From NCBI GenBank assembly GCA_016192825.1, contig JACPTK010000004.1, forward strand, positions 2,905 to 66,904: a DNA stretch of 64,000 bases, in the 5' to 3' direction. The number at the start of each line of letters is the position of its first letter. Position 1 is the stretch's first letter. Positions 42,597 to 52,101 of the stretch are shown piece after piece. The stretch is from Betaproteobacteria bacterium. GTDB taxonomy: Bacteria; Pseudomonadota; Gammaproteobacteria; Burkholderiales; SG8-41. The notes under the pieces were generated by a model. The model saw only the letters and a program-made list of their open reading frames with translations. It did not search any database and was not told where the DNA came from. Made by a program: the position numbers and the translations under genes.

Positions 42597-45449
42597 ATGA
42601 TGAAGCAGATGCTCGGCAGCTCCCATCTCTTCGGCGCGAACGCGCCGTTCATCGAGGCGCTCTACGACGCCTGGCTCAGGGACCCGGCCTCGGTCGAGCC
42701 GCGCTGGCGCGATTACTTCGAGGAATTGCAGCGTCTCGACCAGGGCGCCGCGGATGTGTCGCACTACGAGGTCCAGGAGCGCTTCGCGCAGCTCGCCCGG
42801 GCGCCGCGCGCGGGCGCGCCGACGGTCGTGATCAACCGCCCGCAGCTCGGCGAGAAGCAATACGCCGTGCTCCATCTCATCACGGCCCATCGCATCCTGG
42901 GCAGCCGCCACGCCGACATCGATCCCCTCCGGCGCCGCGAAAAGCCGGACATTCCCGAGCTCGACCCCGCATTCTACGGGCTGAGCGATGCAGACATGGA
43001 GGCGGCGTTCAACACCGGGACGCTGGTCGGGCCGCGGGAGATGAAGCTCAGCGACATCCTGCAGTTCCTCAAGGACACCTATTGCCGCAGCGTCGGCGTC
43101 GAATACATGCACGTCACCGACATGGCGCAGAAGCGATGGGTGCAGGAGCGTCTGGAGCGCACCCGCTCGACGCCTTCCTACGACGCCGAGTACCGCAAGC
43201 ACATCCTGGAGCGGCTGACCGCCGCCGAGACGCTGGAAAAATACCTGCACACCAAATACGTCGGCCAGAAGCGCTTCTCGCTGGAGGGCGGCGAGTCCCT
43301 GATTCCGCAGCTCGACCACCTGCTGCAGAGCGCGGGGAAAGCGGGCGTGCAGGAACTGGTGATCGGCATGGCCCACCGCGGCCGCATCAACGTCCTCGTC
43401 AATACCCTGGGCAAGATGCCCAAGGATCTTTTCGCGGAGTTCGAAGGCAAGCACGATGACTCGCTGCTTGCCGGCGACGTCAAGTACCACCAGGGCTTCT
43501 CCGCCAACATCATGTCGCCGGGCGGGCCGATGCACGTCTCCCTGGCGTTCAACCCCTCGCACCTCGAGATCGTCAACCCGGTGGTCGAGGGCTCGGTGCG
43601 CGCGCGCCAGCACCGCCGGCGGGATCTAAGGGGCGACCAGGTCCTGCCGGTGCTCATCCACGGCGATGCCGCGTTCGCGGGGCAAGGCGTGAACATGGAA
43701 ACCTTCGAGCTGGCGCAGACGCGCGGCTACGGCACCAGCGGCACGCTGCACCTGGTGGTGAACAACCAGATCGGCTTCACCTGCTCCGACCTGCGCGACG
43801 CCCGCTCGACGCTCTACTGCACCGACATCGCCAAGATGCTCGAAGTGCCGATCTTTCACGTGAACGCCGACGATCCGGAAGCGGTGTGCCTGGTGACGGA
43901 GATCGCGCTGGAATACCGCATGAAGTTCCACAAGGACGTGGTGGTGGACCTGGTGTGCTACCGGCGCCTCGGGCACAACGAGCAGGACGAGCCGATGGTC
44001 ACCCAGCCGCTGATGTACAAGACCATCGCCCGGCTCCCCACCACGCGCAAGCTGTACGCCGACAGGCTCGAGCGCGAAGGCGCGATCCAGCCGGGCGGGG
44101 GCGACGCCATGGTCGTGAACTTCCGCGCCGCGCTCGATGGCGGGCACCACACCAACAAGACCATCCTGTCCAACTACAAGCCCCCGTTCGAGGTCGACTG
44201 GGGCAAGTACCGGGGCGGCAAGTGGAACGAGCACGACGACACGCGGCTCCCGATCGAGACGCTGAAGCGGCTGGGGGAGCGCATCACCACCGTGCCCGAG
44301 AACTTCAAGCTGCATTCCTCGGTGCAGCGGATCATCGAGAACCGGCGCCTGATGGCGCAGGGCAAGCTCCCGCTCGACTGGGGCATGGCCGAGCATCTGG
44401 CCTTCGCCACGCTGCTCGAGGAGGGCTACTCGGTCCGGCTCTCGGGCCAGGACAGCGGGCGCGGAACCTTCTTTCACCGCCATGCCGTGCTGCACGACCA
44501 GAACCGGGAGAAATGGGACCAGGGCACCTACGTTCCGCTGCAGCACCTGAGCGACAAGCAGGGCGATTTCGTGGTGATCGATTCGGTGCTGTCCGAGGAG
44601 GCCGTGATGGGCTTCGAGTTCGGCTACTCGACCTCGGCGCCCAACGAGCTGGTGATCTGGGAAGGACAATTCGGCGATTTCGCGAACGGCGCCCAGGTGG
44701 TCATCGACCAGTTCATCGCCTCGGGCGAGGCCAAGTGGGGCCGGCTGTGCGGGCTGGTGCTGATGCTGCCCCACGGCTACGAGGGGCAGGGGCCGGAGCA
44801 CTCGTCCGCCCGCATCGAGCGCTACATGCAGTTGTGCGCCGACTACAACATGCAGGTCTGCGTCCCGGCAACCCCGGTGCAGCTCTATTACCTGCTGCGG
44901 CGGCAGATGATCCGGCCGTACCGCAAGCCGCTCATCCTGTTCACGCCGAAGAGCCTGCTGCGCCACAAGGAATCGGTCTCGCCGCTGGAGGAATTCGCCA
45001 CCGACAAGTTCAAGCCGGTGAACGAGGACTGGGAATCCAAGGACATCAATCCCGACGCAGTGAAGCGCGTCGTCTTCTGCAGCGGCAAGGTCTATTACGA
45101 TCTGCGCGTCGAACGCAAGGCGCGCGGCCTGAAGGACCTGCCGCTCGCGCGCATCGCGCAGCTCTACCCGTTCGCGCACGACGACTTCCATGCGCAGATC
45201 GAGCGCTACAAAACGGCGAGCGAGATCGTGTGGTGCCAGGAGGAGCCGCGCAACCAGGGCGCGTGGCACCGCATCCAGCACTACCTGGAGCGCCACCTGC
45301 TGCCGCACCAGAAACTGATCTACGCCGGCCGCGACTCCTCGGCCGCGCCGGCCGCGGGGTACAAGTCGCTGCACGACCGTCAGCAGAAGGAGCTCGTGGA
45401 TCTTGCGCTGTCCGTGGGTGTCGTCTCGCGCGCCGACGGGGTGCGGTGA
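42597..45449 (+). CDS. sucA: 2-oxoglutarate dehydrogenase E1 component
   Basis: 950 aa with characteristic blocks (RILGSRHADIDPL, GMAHRGRINVL, HGDAAFAGQGV, LPHGYEGQGPEHSSAR). Confidence 0.97.
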   Translation: MMKQMLGSSHLFGANAPFIEALYDAWLRDPASVEPRWRDYFEELQRLDQGAADVSHYEVQERFAQLARAPRAGAPTVVINRPQLGEKQYAVLHLITAHRILGSRHADIDPLRRREKPDIPELDPAFYGLSDADMEAAFNTGTLVGPREMKLSDILQFLKDTYCRSVGVEYMHVTDMAQKRWVQERLERTRSTPSYDAEYRKHILERLTAAETLEKYLHTKYVGQKRFSLEGGESLIPQLDHLLQSAGKAGVQELVIGMAHRGRINVLVNTLGKMPKDLFAEFEGKHDDSLLAGDVKYHQGFSANIMSPGGPMHVSLAFNPSHLEIVNPVVEGSVRARQHRRRDLRGDQVLPVLIHGDAAFAGQGVNMETFELAQTRGYGTSGTLHLVVNNQIGFTCSDLRDARSTLYCTDIAKMLEVPIFHVNADDPEAVCLVTEIALEYRMKFHKDVVVDLVCYRRLGHNEQDEPMVTQPLMYKTIARLPTTRKLYADRLEREGAIQPGGGDAMVVNFRAALDGGHHTNKTILSNYKPPFEVDWGKYRGGKWNEHDDTRLPIETLKRLGERITTVPENFKLHSSVQRIIENRRLMAQGKLPLDWGMAEHLAFATLLEEGYSVRLSGQDSGRGTFFHRHAVLHDQNREKWDQGTYVPLQHLSDKQGDFVVIDSVLSEEAVMGFEFGYSTSAPNELVIWEGQFGDFANGAQVVIDQFIASGEAKWGRLCGLVLMLPHGYEGQGPEHSSARIERYMQLCADYNMQVCVPATPVQLYYLLRRQMIRPYRKPLILFTPKSLLRHKESVSPLEEFATDKFKPVNEDWESKDINPDAVKRVVFCSGKVYYDLRVERKARGLKDLPLARIAQLYPFAHDDFHAQIERYKTASEIVWCQEEPRNQGAWHRIQHYLERHLLPHQKLIYAGRDSSAAPAAGYKSLHDRQQKELVDLALSVGVVSRADGVR

Positions 45450-45483
45450 GCGGCAATTCGCAGCCGCCGCTGCGAATTGCCGC
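45450..45483 (+). other. 15-bp perfect hairpin immediately after the sucA stop
   Basis: GCGGCAATTCGCAGC-CGCC-GCTGCGAATTGCCGC, followed by an A/T-rich sequence but no clean T-run. Confidence 0.5.
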
Positions 45484-45609
45484 TAATTGAAATTCTGAAA
45501 TGGATATAGGTGAGGTTGGCTGCGGGAACGTTTCCCGTCCTAGAATGAGGTGTCCAGGCGAGTTGGAAATGAACGTTGCACTGCCCCATTCAATCATGTT
45601 CTCTAGGTT

Positions 45610-45643
45610 AGGATTTTTTCGCGCGCCAGCGCGAAAAAATCCT
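45610..45643 (+). promoter_or_regulatory. 14-bp hairpin abutting the sucB Shine-Dalgarno
   Basis: AGGATTTTTTCGCG-N6-CGCGAAAAAATCCT. Its right arm ends 1 nt before GGAG (45644-45647). Confidence 0.4.
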
Positions 45644-45657
45644 GGAGCGGAGTGAGC

Positions 45658-46887
45658 ATGCTGATCGAGGTCAAGGTTCCGCAGTTGTCGGAATCGGTGT
45701 CGGAAGCGACGCTGCTCACCTGGCACAGGAAGGCCGGCGAAGCGGTCAAGCGCGACGAGAACCTGGTGGACATCGAGACCGACAAGGTGGTGCTCGAGAC
45801 CCCCGCGCCGGCAGCGGGCGTGCTGGTCAGGATCATCAAGGGCGACGGCGGCACAGTGACCAGCAACGAAGTGATCGCCCAGATCGACAGCGAAGGCGCG
45901 GCGACGGTGTCCGTCGCCGCGCCTGAACAGAAAGATAGGGCAAGGACGGAAGCTCCGGCCGCGAAGGAGGGAACTCCGGCCATGCCGGCGGCGCAAAGGC
46001 TGGCGGCGGAGAAGCAGGTGGATACCGCCACGATCGCGGGAACGGGACGGGGAGGACGCGTCACCAAGGACGACGTGATGCAGGCGGTGGCGGGCGGGGC
46101 CCAAGCTGCGGTCAAGGCGCCGGCTGCCGCCGCTCCGGCTGTGCAGCGGGCCACCGCGCCTTCAGTGGACCTCGGCGCGCTGGGCGAGCGGCCCGAGCAG
46201 CGCGTGCCGATGTCGCGGCTGCGGGCGCGCGTCGCCGAGCGCCTGGTGCAGTCGCAGCACACGGCGGCGATCCTCACCACCTTCAACGAAGCCAACATGC
46301 AGCCGGTGATGGATCTCAGGAAGAAGCACCAGGAGCGGTTCGAGAAGACCCACGGCGTGCGGCTCGGCTTCATGTCGTTCTTCGTCAAGGCGGCGGTGCA
46401 CGCGCTGAAACAGTACCCCGTAGTCAACGCCTCGGTGGACGGCACCGACATCGTCTACCACGGTTTTTACGACATCGGCATCGCGGTCGGCAGCCCGCGC
46501 GGCCTGGTGGTGCCGATCCTGCGCAATGCCGACCAGCTTTCCCTGGCCGACATCGAGAAGCAGATCGCGGATTTCGGCAAGCGCGCGCAGGAAGGCAAGC
46601 TCACGATCGAGGAACTCACCGGCGGCACGTTCTCGATCTCCAACGGCGGGGTGTTCGGCTCGATGCTGTCCACTCCCATCATCAACCCGCCGCAGAGCGC
46701 GATCCTCGGCGTGCACGCGACGCGCGAGCGGCCAGTGGCCGAAAACGGCCAGGTGGTGATCCGGCCGATCAACTACCTCGCGCTGTCCTACGACCACCGC
46801 ATCATCGACGGCCGGGAGGCGGTGCTGTCCCTGATCGCCATGAAGGAAGCGCTGGAAGACCCGGCGCGCATCCTGCTCGACATCTGA
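45658..46887 (+). CDS. sucB: Dihydrolipoamide succinyltransferase (E2o)
   Basis: About 409 aa. Lipoyl domain [35 protein letters not shown] and catalytic [12 protein letters not shown] 45658 is preferred over GTG 45652. Confidence 0.95.
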   Translation: MLIEVKVPQLSESVSEATLLTWHRKAGEAVKRDENLVDIETDKVVLETPAPAAGVLVRIIKGDGGTVTSNEVIAQIDSEGAATVSVAAPEQKDRARTEAPAAKEGTPAMPAAQRLAAEKQVDTATIAGTGRGGRVTKDDVMQAVAGGAQAAVKAPAAAAPAVQRATAPSVDLGALGERPEQRVPMSRLRARVAERLVQSQHTAAILTTFNEANMQPVMDLRKKHQERFEKTHGVRLGFMSFFVKAAVHALKQYPVVNASVDGTDIVYHGFYDIGIAVGSPRGLVVPILRNADQLSLADIEKQIADFGKRAQEGKLTIEELTGGTFSISNGGVFGSMLSTPIINPPQSAILGVHATRERPVAENGQVVIRPINYLALSYDHRIIDGREAVLSLIAMKEALEDPARILLDI

Positions 46888-46893
46888 AAGGGC

Positions 46894-46978
46894 GTGAATG
46901 GTGAGTGGTGAGTGGTGAATGGCAGAAACGGCCGGTTTCCGGGTTCAGCCCAATCACTACTCACCAATCACTATTCAC
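46894..46978. repeat. Inverted pair of heptamer arrays in the sucB|lpdA spacer (GTGAATG GTGAGTG GTGAGTG GTGAATG ... CAATCAC TACTCAC CAATCAC TATTCAC)
   Basis: Left arm 46894-46921 and right arm 46951-46978. The centre is 29 nt and contains a small GAAAC..GTTTC stem. Confidence 0.92.
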
Positions 46979-46989
46979 GCAGTTCAATC

Positions 46990-48414
46990 ATGGCCAAATT
47001 ATTTGATGTCGTCGTGATCGGCGCCGGTCCGGGCGGCTACATCGCCGCGATCCGCGCCGCCCAGCTGGGGCTGGCAACGGCGTGCATCGACGAATGGAAA
47101 ACCGCCGACGGCAAGCCGGCGCCGGGCGGCACCTGCACCAACGTCGGCTGCATACCGTCGAAAGCCCTGTTGCAGTCCTCGGAGAATTATCATCATGCTG
47201 CACACGCATTCTCGGATCACGGCATACAGATCAAGGGCCTGGCCCTTGATCTGGCGCAGATGCTCAGGCGCAAGGACAAAGTCGTCAGGCAGAACAACGA
47301 GGGCATCCTGTTCCTGTTCAAGAAGAACAAGGTCGCGTTCTACCACGGCCGCGGCAGTTTCGCCGGCGGCAAGGCCGGGGCGTGGGACATCAAGGTCGCC
47401 GGCAAGCCGGATGAAACGCTGAGCGCGAAGCACGTTATCGTCGCCACCGGCTCCACTCCGCGCGCCCTGCCCGGCGCCGCTTTCGACGACAAGCTCATCC
47501 TCGACAACGACGGTGCGCTTGCGATACCGGAAGTGCCGAAGCGGCTGGGCGTGATCGGCGCGGGCGTGATCGGTCTCGAGATGGGCAGCGTGTGGCGGCG
47601 GCTCGGCGCCGAGGTCGTCATCCTGGAGGCGCTGCCGGCGTTTCTCGGGGCGGCGGACGAGCAGGTCGCGCGCGAAGCCCTCAAGATCTTCACAAAGCAG
47701 GGACTCGGCATCCACACCGGCGTGAAGGTCGGCAAGGTGACGACGGGCAGGGATGTGAGGGTCGAATACGCCGATGGCGTGGGCAAGGCGCAGACGCTGA
47801 CGGTGGACAAGCTCATCGTCTCCATCGGCCGCATGCCCAACACGGAGGGGCTCAATGCGGGGGCGGTCGGGCTCAAGGTGGACGAGCGCGGCTTCATCGC
47901 GGTGGACGACGAATGCCGCACGAACCTGCCCAACGTGTGGGCTGTGGGCGACGTGGTGCGCGGGCCGATGCTCGCGCACAAGGCGGAAGAGGAGGGCGTG
48001 GCCGTCGCCGAGCACATCGCGGGCAAGCACGGCCACGTCGATTTCAACACGATCCCGTGGGTGATCTATACCTCGCCGGAGATCGCCTGGGTGGGGAAGA
48101 CCGAGCAGCAGCTCCGGAGCGAGGGGGTGCGCTACAAGGCTGGCCAGTTTCCGTTCATGGCCAACGGCCGCGCCCGCGCGCTCGGCGACACCGCGGGCTT
48201 CGTGAAATTCCTGGCCGACGAGAAGACCGACCGCATCCTGGGCGTGCACATCATCGGGCCGATGGCCTCCGAAACGATCGCCGAGGCGGTGGTGGCGATG
48301 GAGTTCCGCGCCTCGGCCGAGGACATCGCGCTGATCTGCCACGCCCATCCGTCGCTCTCCGAGGCGATGAAGGAGGCTGCGCTGGCGGTCGCTCAGCGCA
48401 GCCTGAATGTCTAG
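46990..48414 (+). CDS. lpdA: Dihydrolipoyl dehydrogenase (E3)
   Basis: 474 aa from ATG 46990. Motifs: [23 protein letters not shown], redox-active [14 protein letters not shown]-terminal HAHPSLSE. Confidence 0.95.
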   Translation: MAKLFDVVVIGAGPGGYIAAIRAAQLGLATACIDEWKTADGKPAPGGTCTNVGCIPSKALLQSSENYHHAAHAFSDHGIQIKGLALDLAQMLRRKDKVVRQNNEGILFLFKKNKVAFYHGRGSFAGGKAGAWDIKVAGKPDETLSAKHVIVATGSTPRALPGAAFDDKLILDNDGALAIPEVPKRLGVIGAGVIGLEMGSVWRRLGAEVVILEALPAFLGAADEQVAREALKIFTKQGLGIHTGVKVGKVTTGRDVRVEYADGVGKAQTLTVDKLIVSIGRMPNTEGLNAGAVGLKVDERGFIAVDDECRTNLPNVWAVGDVVRGPMLAHKAEEEGVAVAEHIAGKHGHVDFNTIPWVIYTSPEIAWVGKTEQQLRSEGVRYKAGQFPFMANGRARALGDTAGFVKFLADEKTDRILGVHIIGPMASETIAEAVVAMEFRASAEDIALICHAHPSLSEAMKEAALAVAQRSLNV

Positions 48415-48445
48415 GAGTTTGCCGGACTTGGGGCCGACAAACTCC
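48414..48445. repeat. REP-like hairpin GGAGTTTGCCGG-N8-CCGACAAACTCC, overlapping the last base of the lpdA stop
   Basis: 12-bp stem with one mismatch. Same family as 40843-40874. Confidence 0.6.
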
Positions 48446-48452
48446 TAAATGC

Positions 48453-48577
48453 AAATCCGCCTGCGCAAAAACGAATGAAAAGGCAGTGAAAACCTTATGT
48501 TCAGCCTGCTCGCGTGCCCGTTGGAGGCCAAGAAGGGTCGTCATCCCGTATTTCATTCGAAATGCGCAGGCGGTTTT
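48453..48577. repeat. Long-range inverted repeat (about 27-nt arms) enclosing about 70 nt
   Basis: The left arm AAATCCGCCTGCGCAAAAACGAATGAAA pairs with the right arm TTTCATTCGAAATGCGCAGGCGGTTTT. The match is 11 + 9 nt perfect segments separated by a small bubble. Confidence 0.6.
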
Positions 48578-48584
48578 GCTGTGA

Positions 48585-48618
48585 GCAGCCTGTCGGAATG
48601 CCAAGTCCGACGGGCTGC
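48585..48618. repeat. REP-like hairpin GCAGCCTGTCGG-AATGCCAAGT-CCGACGGGCTGC (family with 52064 and 62663)
   Basis: 12-bp stem with one mismatch. It shares stem and loop sequence with the two other copies. Confidence 0.7.
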
Positions 48619-48698
48619 CAGGAACCGTTCAACGGACCGTGTTTCCGGGTAGCCGTTGCCAATCCTGCTTTCATTCAGGCCGGCTCCAGGAATGGTGA

Positions 48699-49868
48699 TT
48701 GCCGGTGACTGAGGATGCCACCGAGGCGCCCAGGGTCGCCACGCCGCTCTTGAGGGAGCCGGCCTCCGTCCTGGAGCTGTACCGGGAGACGCTCAGGAAA
48801 CGAGGATTCGCGCCCGACGATTCGCAGTACGCGGCGGTGTTGCGCCTCCAGAACCTGTACGAAGCGTGGACCGACTACAAGCGCCGGCGCCGGACCGCGC
48901 TGCATCGCCTGGTGGTCCGCCCACCGCTGCCACGGGGAGTCTACTTGTGGGGCGCGGTCGGGCGCGGCAAGACCTTCCTCATGGACAGCTTCTACCGCTG
49001 CCTGCCGCTCGTGCGCCAGCGCCGCGTGCACTTCCATCACTTTATGCGCGACGTGCACCGGGAACTCGACGAGCTGAAGGGTACCGTGGACCCGCTCGAT
49101 GCGCTCGCCGGGCGGGTTTCCAAGCGCTACCGGCTGGTGTGTTTCGACGAGATCGCGCTGTCGGACGTCGCGGATGCCATGATCCTCGGGCGGCTCCTGA
49201 CGCGCACTCTGGACCGGGGGGTGGTCTACTGCATGACCTCGAACTACCACCCCGACGAGCTCTACAAGGACGGCCTTAAGCGCGAGGACTTCCTGCCGAC
49301 CATCGAGCTCATCAAGCAGCGCCTCGACGTGATCCGCGTGGATGGCGGGACCGACTACCGCAGGCGTGCCCTGCAGCAGGTCAAGGTCTACCACACGCCG
49401 CTCGCGCCCGAAACCGACCGGGCGCTGATGGATGCGTTCCGGCAGATCGCGGAAGTCGAAGAGGAGAACCACGAACTCGACGTCGAGGGGCGGGTCATTC
49501 CCTATCGGCACCGGGCCGGCGGCGTGGTGTGGTTCGATTTCAGGATAATCTGCGGCTGGGGCCGCTCGCAGAATGACTACATCGACCTCGCCAAGCGTTT
49601 TCATACGCTCATCGTCTCGGGGGTGCCGCGCATGGACCTGGAGCGCGCCGACGAGGCGCGCCGCTTCACGCTGCTGGTTGACGTCCTCTACGACCAGCGC
49701 GTAAAAATGATCGTCTCGGCGGAGGCGCCGCCGGACGGGTTGCTCGCGCGGGGCGCCGGTTCCGCTGACGCACAGCTGCAGGCGATGATGTTCCAGTTCG
49801 ACCGCACCGCGAGCCGCCTCACCGAAATGCAGTCACGGGAGTACCTGGAACAGCCGCGCGGGGGTTAG
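48699..49868 (+). CDS. zapE: AFG1-family ATPase (cell division protein ZapE)
   Basis: 389 aa with Walker A GVYLWGAVGRGKTFLMD and Walker B LVCFDE. It sits downstream of lpdA, as in many proteobacteria. The start is TTG 48699 or GTG 48705. Confidence 0.85.
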   Translation: MPVTEDATEAPRVATPLLREPASVLELYRETLRKRGFAPDDSQYAAVLRLQNLYEAWTDYKRRRRTALHRLVVRPPLPRGVYLWGAVGRGKTFLMDSFYRCLPLVRQRRVHFHHFMRDVHRELDELKGTVDPLDALAGRVSKRYRLVCFDEIALSDVADAMILGRLLTRTLDRGVVYCMTSNYHPDELYKDGLKREDFLPTIELIKQRLDVIRVDGGTDYRRRALQQVKVYHTPLAPETDRALMDAFRQIAEVEEENHELDVEGRVIPYRHRAGGVVWFDFRIICGWGRSQNDYIDLAKRFHTLIVSGVPRMDLERADEARRFTLLVDVLYDQRVKMIVSAEAPPDGLLARGAGSADAQLQAMMFQFDRTASRLTEMQSREYLEQPRGG

Positions 49869-49877
49869 GGACGGAAC

Positions 49878-50864
49878 ATGGAATCCTTCAAGGCCTATCG
49901 CATCTTCAGCGAGAACGACCGGGTGGCCGGGCGGGTCGTCGACGCGCGACTGGAAGAGCTGTCGGCGGGCGAGGTGGTGTTCCGGGCCGCGTACTCGAGC
50001 GTCAACTACAAGGATGCGCTGGCGGCGACCGGGACCGGCGGCAGGATCATCAAGGCTTTTCCGCGCATCGGCGGGATAGACGCCGCCGGCACGGTGATTT
50101 CGTCCGCTGATCCACGGCTCAAGGCCGGAGATGAGGTGATCTGCACGAGCTACGAATTCGGCGTTGGCCACGACGGCGGCTACTCCCAGGTGTGCCGGGT
50201 GCCCGCCAACTGGATCGTGCCGCTGCCCAAAGGGCTCACGCTGCACGAAGCGGGATCTCTCGGCGTCGCGGGTTATACCGCGGGGCTTGCCGTGGAGCTG
50301 CTGGAGCTGAACGGAATGGCGCCCAGCCGGGGAAACGTCCTGGTCAACGGCGCGACCGGGGGCGTGGCGACACTCGCCATCGATATGCTGGCTCGCCTCG
50401 GGTATCGGGTGGTCGCGGTCACCGGCAAGGACGCCGAGCACGGATTCCTGAAGAAACTCGGAGCGGCGGAAGTGCTGTCCCGCCACCAGCTGGAGTTGGG
50501 AACGCGCCCGCTGGAGAAACCGCTGTGGGCGGCTGCGTTCGACTCCGTGGGCGGCGATCAGCTCGCCTGGCTCATCCGCACCATGCAGCCCGAAGGCGTC
50601 ATCGCGAGCTTCGGCAACGCGGGCGGCATCGAGTTCAAGGCCACGGTGCTGCCCTTTATCCTGCGCGGCGTGCGGCTGATCGGCGTCGATTCCGGCTACA
50701 CGCCGATGCCGCTGCGCCGCAAGATCTGGGGCCGGCTCGCCGCCGACCTGAGGCCGCGGCATTTCGCCGACATCGTGAGCGCCATCACCCTGGAGGAACT
50801 GCCCGCTTATTTCGAGAAGATGCTCAAGGGGCAGATCAAGGGGAGGGCGGTCATCAAGCTCTGA
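49878..50864 (+). CDS. YhdH/YhfP-type MDR oxidoreductase (acrylyl-CoA reductase AcuI-like)
   Basis: 328 aa. Pattern: SSVNYKDALA.TG.G.I...P.I.GID.AG.V, VTGATGGV... Confidence 0.82.
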   Translation: MESFKAYRIFSENDRVAGRVVDARLEELSAGEVVFRAAYSSVNYKDALAATGTGGRIIKAFPRIGGIDAAGTVISSADPRLKAGDEVICTSYEFGVGHDGGYSQVCRVPANWIVPLPKGLTLHEAGSLGVAGYTAGLAVELLELNGMAPSRGNVLVNGATGGVATLAIDMLARLGYRVVAVTGKDAEHGFLKKLGAAEVLSRHQLELGTRPLEKPLWAAAFDSVGGDQLAWLIRTMQPEGVIASFGNAGGIEFKATVLPFILRGVRLIGVDSGYTPMPLRRKIWGRLAADLRPRHFADIVSAITLEELPAYFEKMLKGQIKGRAVIKL

Positions 50865-50867
50865 CCT

Positions 50868-50950
50868 CAGCTTCCAGCTTCCAGCAACCAGCAGTCAGCC
50901 GAAACCGCAAACTGGAAGCTCTAAGCTGGCAGCTCGTAGCTGATAGCTGC
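50868..50950. repeat. Inverted pair of heptamer arrays with unit CAGCTTC (CAGCTTC x2, CAGCAAC, CAGCAGT, CAGCCGA ... GGAAGCT CTAAGCT GGCAGCT CGTAGCT GATAGCT)
   Basis: Left arm 50868-50902 and right arm 50914-50948, between convergent genes. Confidence 0.85.
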
Positions 50951-50952
50951 GG

Positions 50953-51933
50953 TTATTCCGGCTCGACGCCGGCGAGCTTCACCAGCTCCGCGAACCGCTT
51001 GATATTGGAGACAACCAGTTTCCTGAATTCCTCCGGCGTGCCGCCGATCGGCGCGAGGCGGACCGCCTCGATGCGCTGCCGCATCCGGGGGTTCTTGAAG
51101 GCCTTCTGGATCTCGCCAGACAGCTTCGCCAGCACGGCGGGCGGGAGCTTCGCAGGCGACAGCAGTCCGTGCCAGCTGGGCGGCATATCGGTACCGGTTA
51201 CGCCGGACTCGACCATCGTCGGCACGTCCGGCAGGAAGGACGCGCGCTTGGCGCCGTTGTAGGCGATCGCCCTCGCGCGACCGGCCGTGATGTGCGGCAT
51301 GCCCAGCGGGGCCGTGGCGAACATGACCTGGATCTCGCCTGCCACCAGCGCCGTCAGCGCCGGGCCGGCGCCCTTGTAGGGCACGTGCACCATGTTGGCC
51401 CCGGTGCGAGCGGCGAACACGGCGGTCGCCATGTGGATGGTGTTGCCGACGCCCGGCGACCCGTAGGCGAGCTTGCCGCCCGGCTTGCGGGCCAGCTCGA
51501 TCAGTTCCTTCACGTTGCGCACGGGCAGCGACGGATTGACGACGACGATGTGCGCTTCGCCTTCGGTGATCTGCGAGACGGGCGTGAAATCCTTCACCGT
51601 GTCGTAGGGCAGCTTCTTCCGGACGCTGGGATTGACCACGAACGAACCGGACGTGTACAGCAGGGTGTGGCCGTCCGGAGTGGCCTTGGCGACGATGTCG
51701 GCGGCGATGATGCCGTTCGCGCCTGGCCGGTTGTCCACGACGAAGGTCTGTTTCGTCTGGGCGGCGAGCTGCTGCGCCAGGATGCGCGCCGTGGTGTCGG
51801 GCCCGCCCGCGCCGAAGCCGAGCACGATGCGCACGGGGCGGCCGGGATACTCGGCGCCGGCGGCACCGAACGACAGGAGCGCCGCAGCGAGCGGCGCCAG
51901 CAAGAACGGCGGCAGTAGCCTGAAGCTGACCAT
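50953..51933 (-). CDS. Bug/TctC-family substrate-binding protein (solitary)
   Basis: 326 aa with a signal peptide and Bug blocks (RPVRIVLGFGAGGPDTTARILAQ, DNRPGANGIIAAD, LPDVPTMVESG). Confidence 0.88.
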   Translation of the reverse strand: MVSFRLLPPFLLAPLAAALLSFGAAGAEYPGRPVRIVLGFGAGGPDTTARILAQQLAAQTKQTFVVDNRPGANGIIAADIVAKATPDGHTLLYTSGSFVVNPSVRKKLPYDTVKDFTPVSQITEGEAHIVVVNPSLPVRNVKELIELARKPGGKLAYGSPGVGNTIHMATAVFAARTGANMVHVPYKGAGPALTALVAGEIQVMFATAPLGMPHITAGRARAIAYNGAKRASFLPDVPTMVESGVTGTDMPPSWHGLLSPAKLPPAVLAKLSGEIQKAFKNPRMRQRIEAVRLAPIGGTPEEFRKLVVSNIKRFAELVKLAGVEPE

Positions 51934-52063
51934 GTCTCTCCTCGCTATGTAATGACGTGGGGCAATGCGTGCGTCAGCGGAATTGAAACGAAATGCAGTT
52001 AGCGGCGGGAGCGTAGTTGCCGCGGTACCGGATCTTGATGACCAGAGTGGCGGCTTCCATGCC

Positions 52064-52101
52064 TAGCAGCCTGTCGGAGTTGAAGTTCCGACAGGCTGCT
52101 A
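52064..52101. repeat. REP-like hairpin TAGCAGCCTGTCGG-N10-CCGACAGGCTGCTA
   Basis: 14-bp perfect stem. Confidence 0.8.

Noticed and set aside
48514-48708. 64-aa plus-strand ORF in the lpdA-zapE spacer, and the 117-aa minus-strand ORF at 48251-48604.
   Set aside because: Neither has a recognisable motif. Both run through REP-like hairpins and the inverted-repeat element, and the second overlaps the 3' end of lpdA in antisense.
51990-52060. Short minus-strand ORF (MEAATLVIKIRYRG..) next to the REP hairpin at 52064.
   Set aside because: It is too short, has no motif and no SD, and lies in a region of obvious gene decay.
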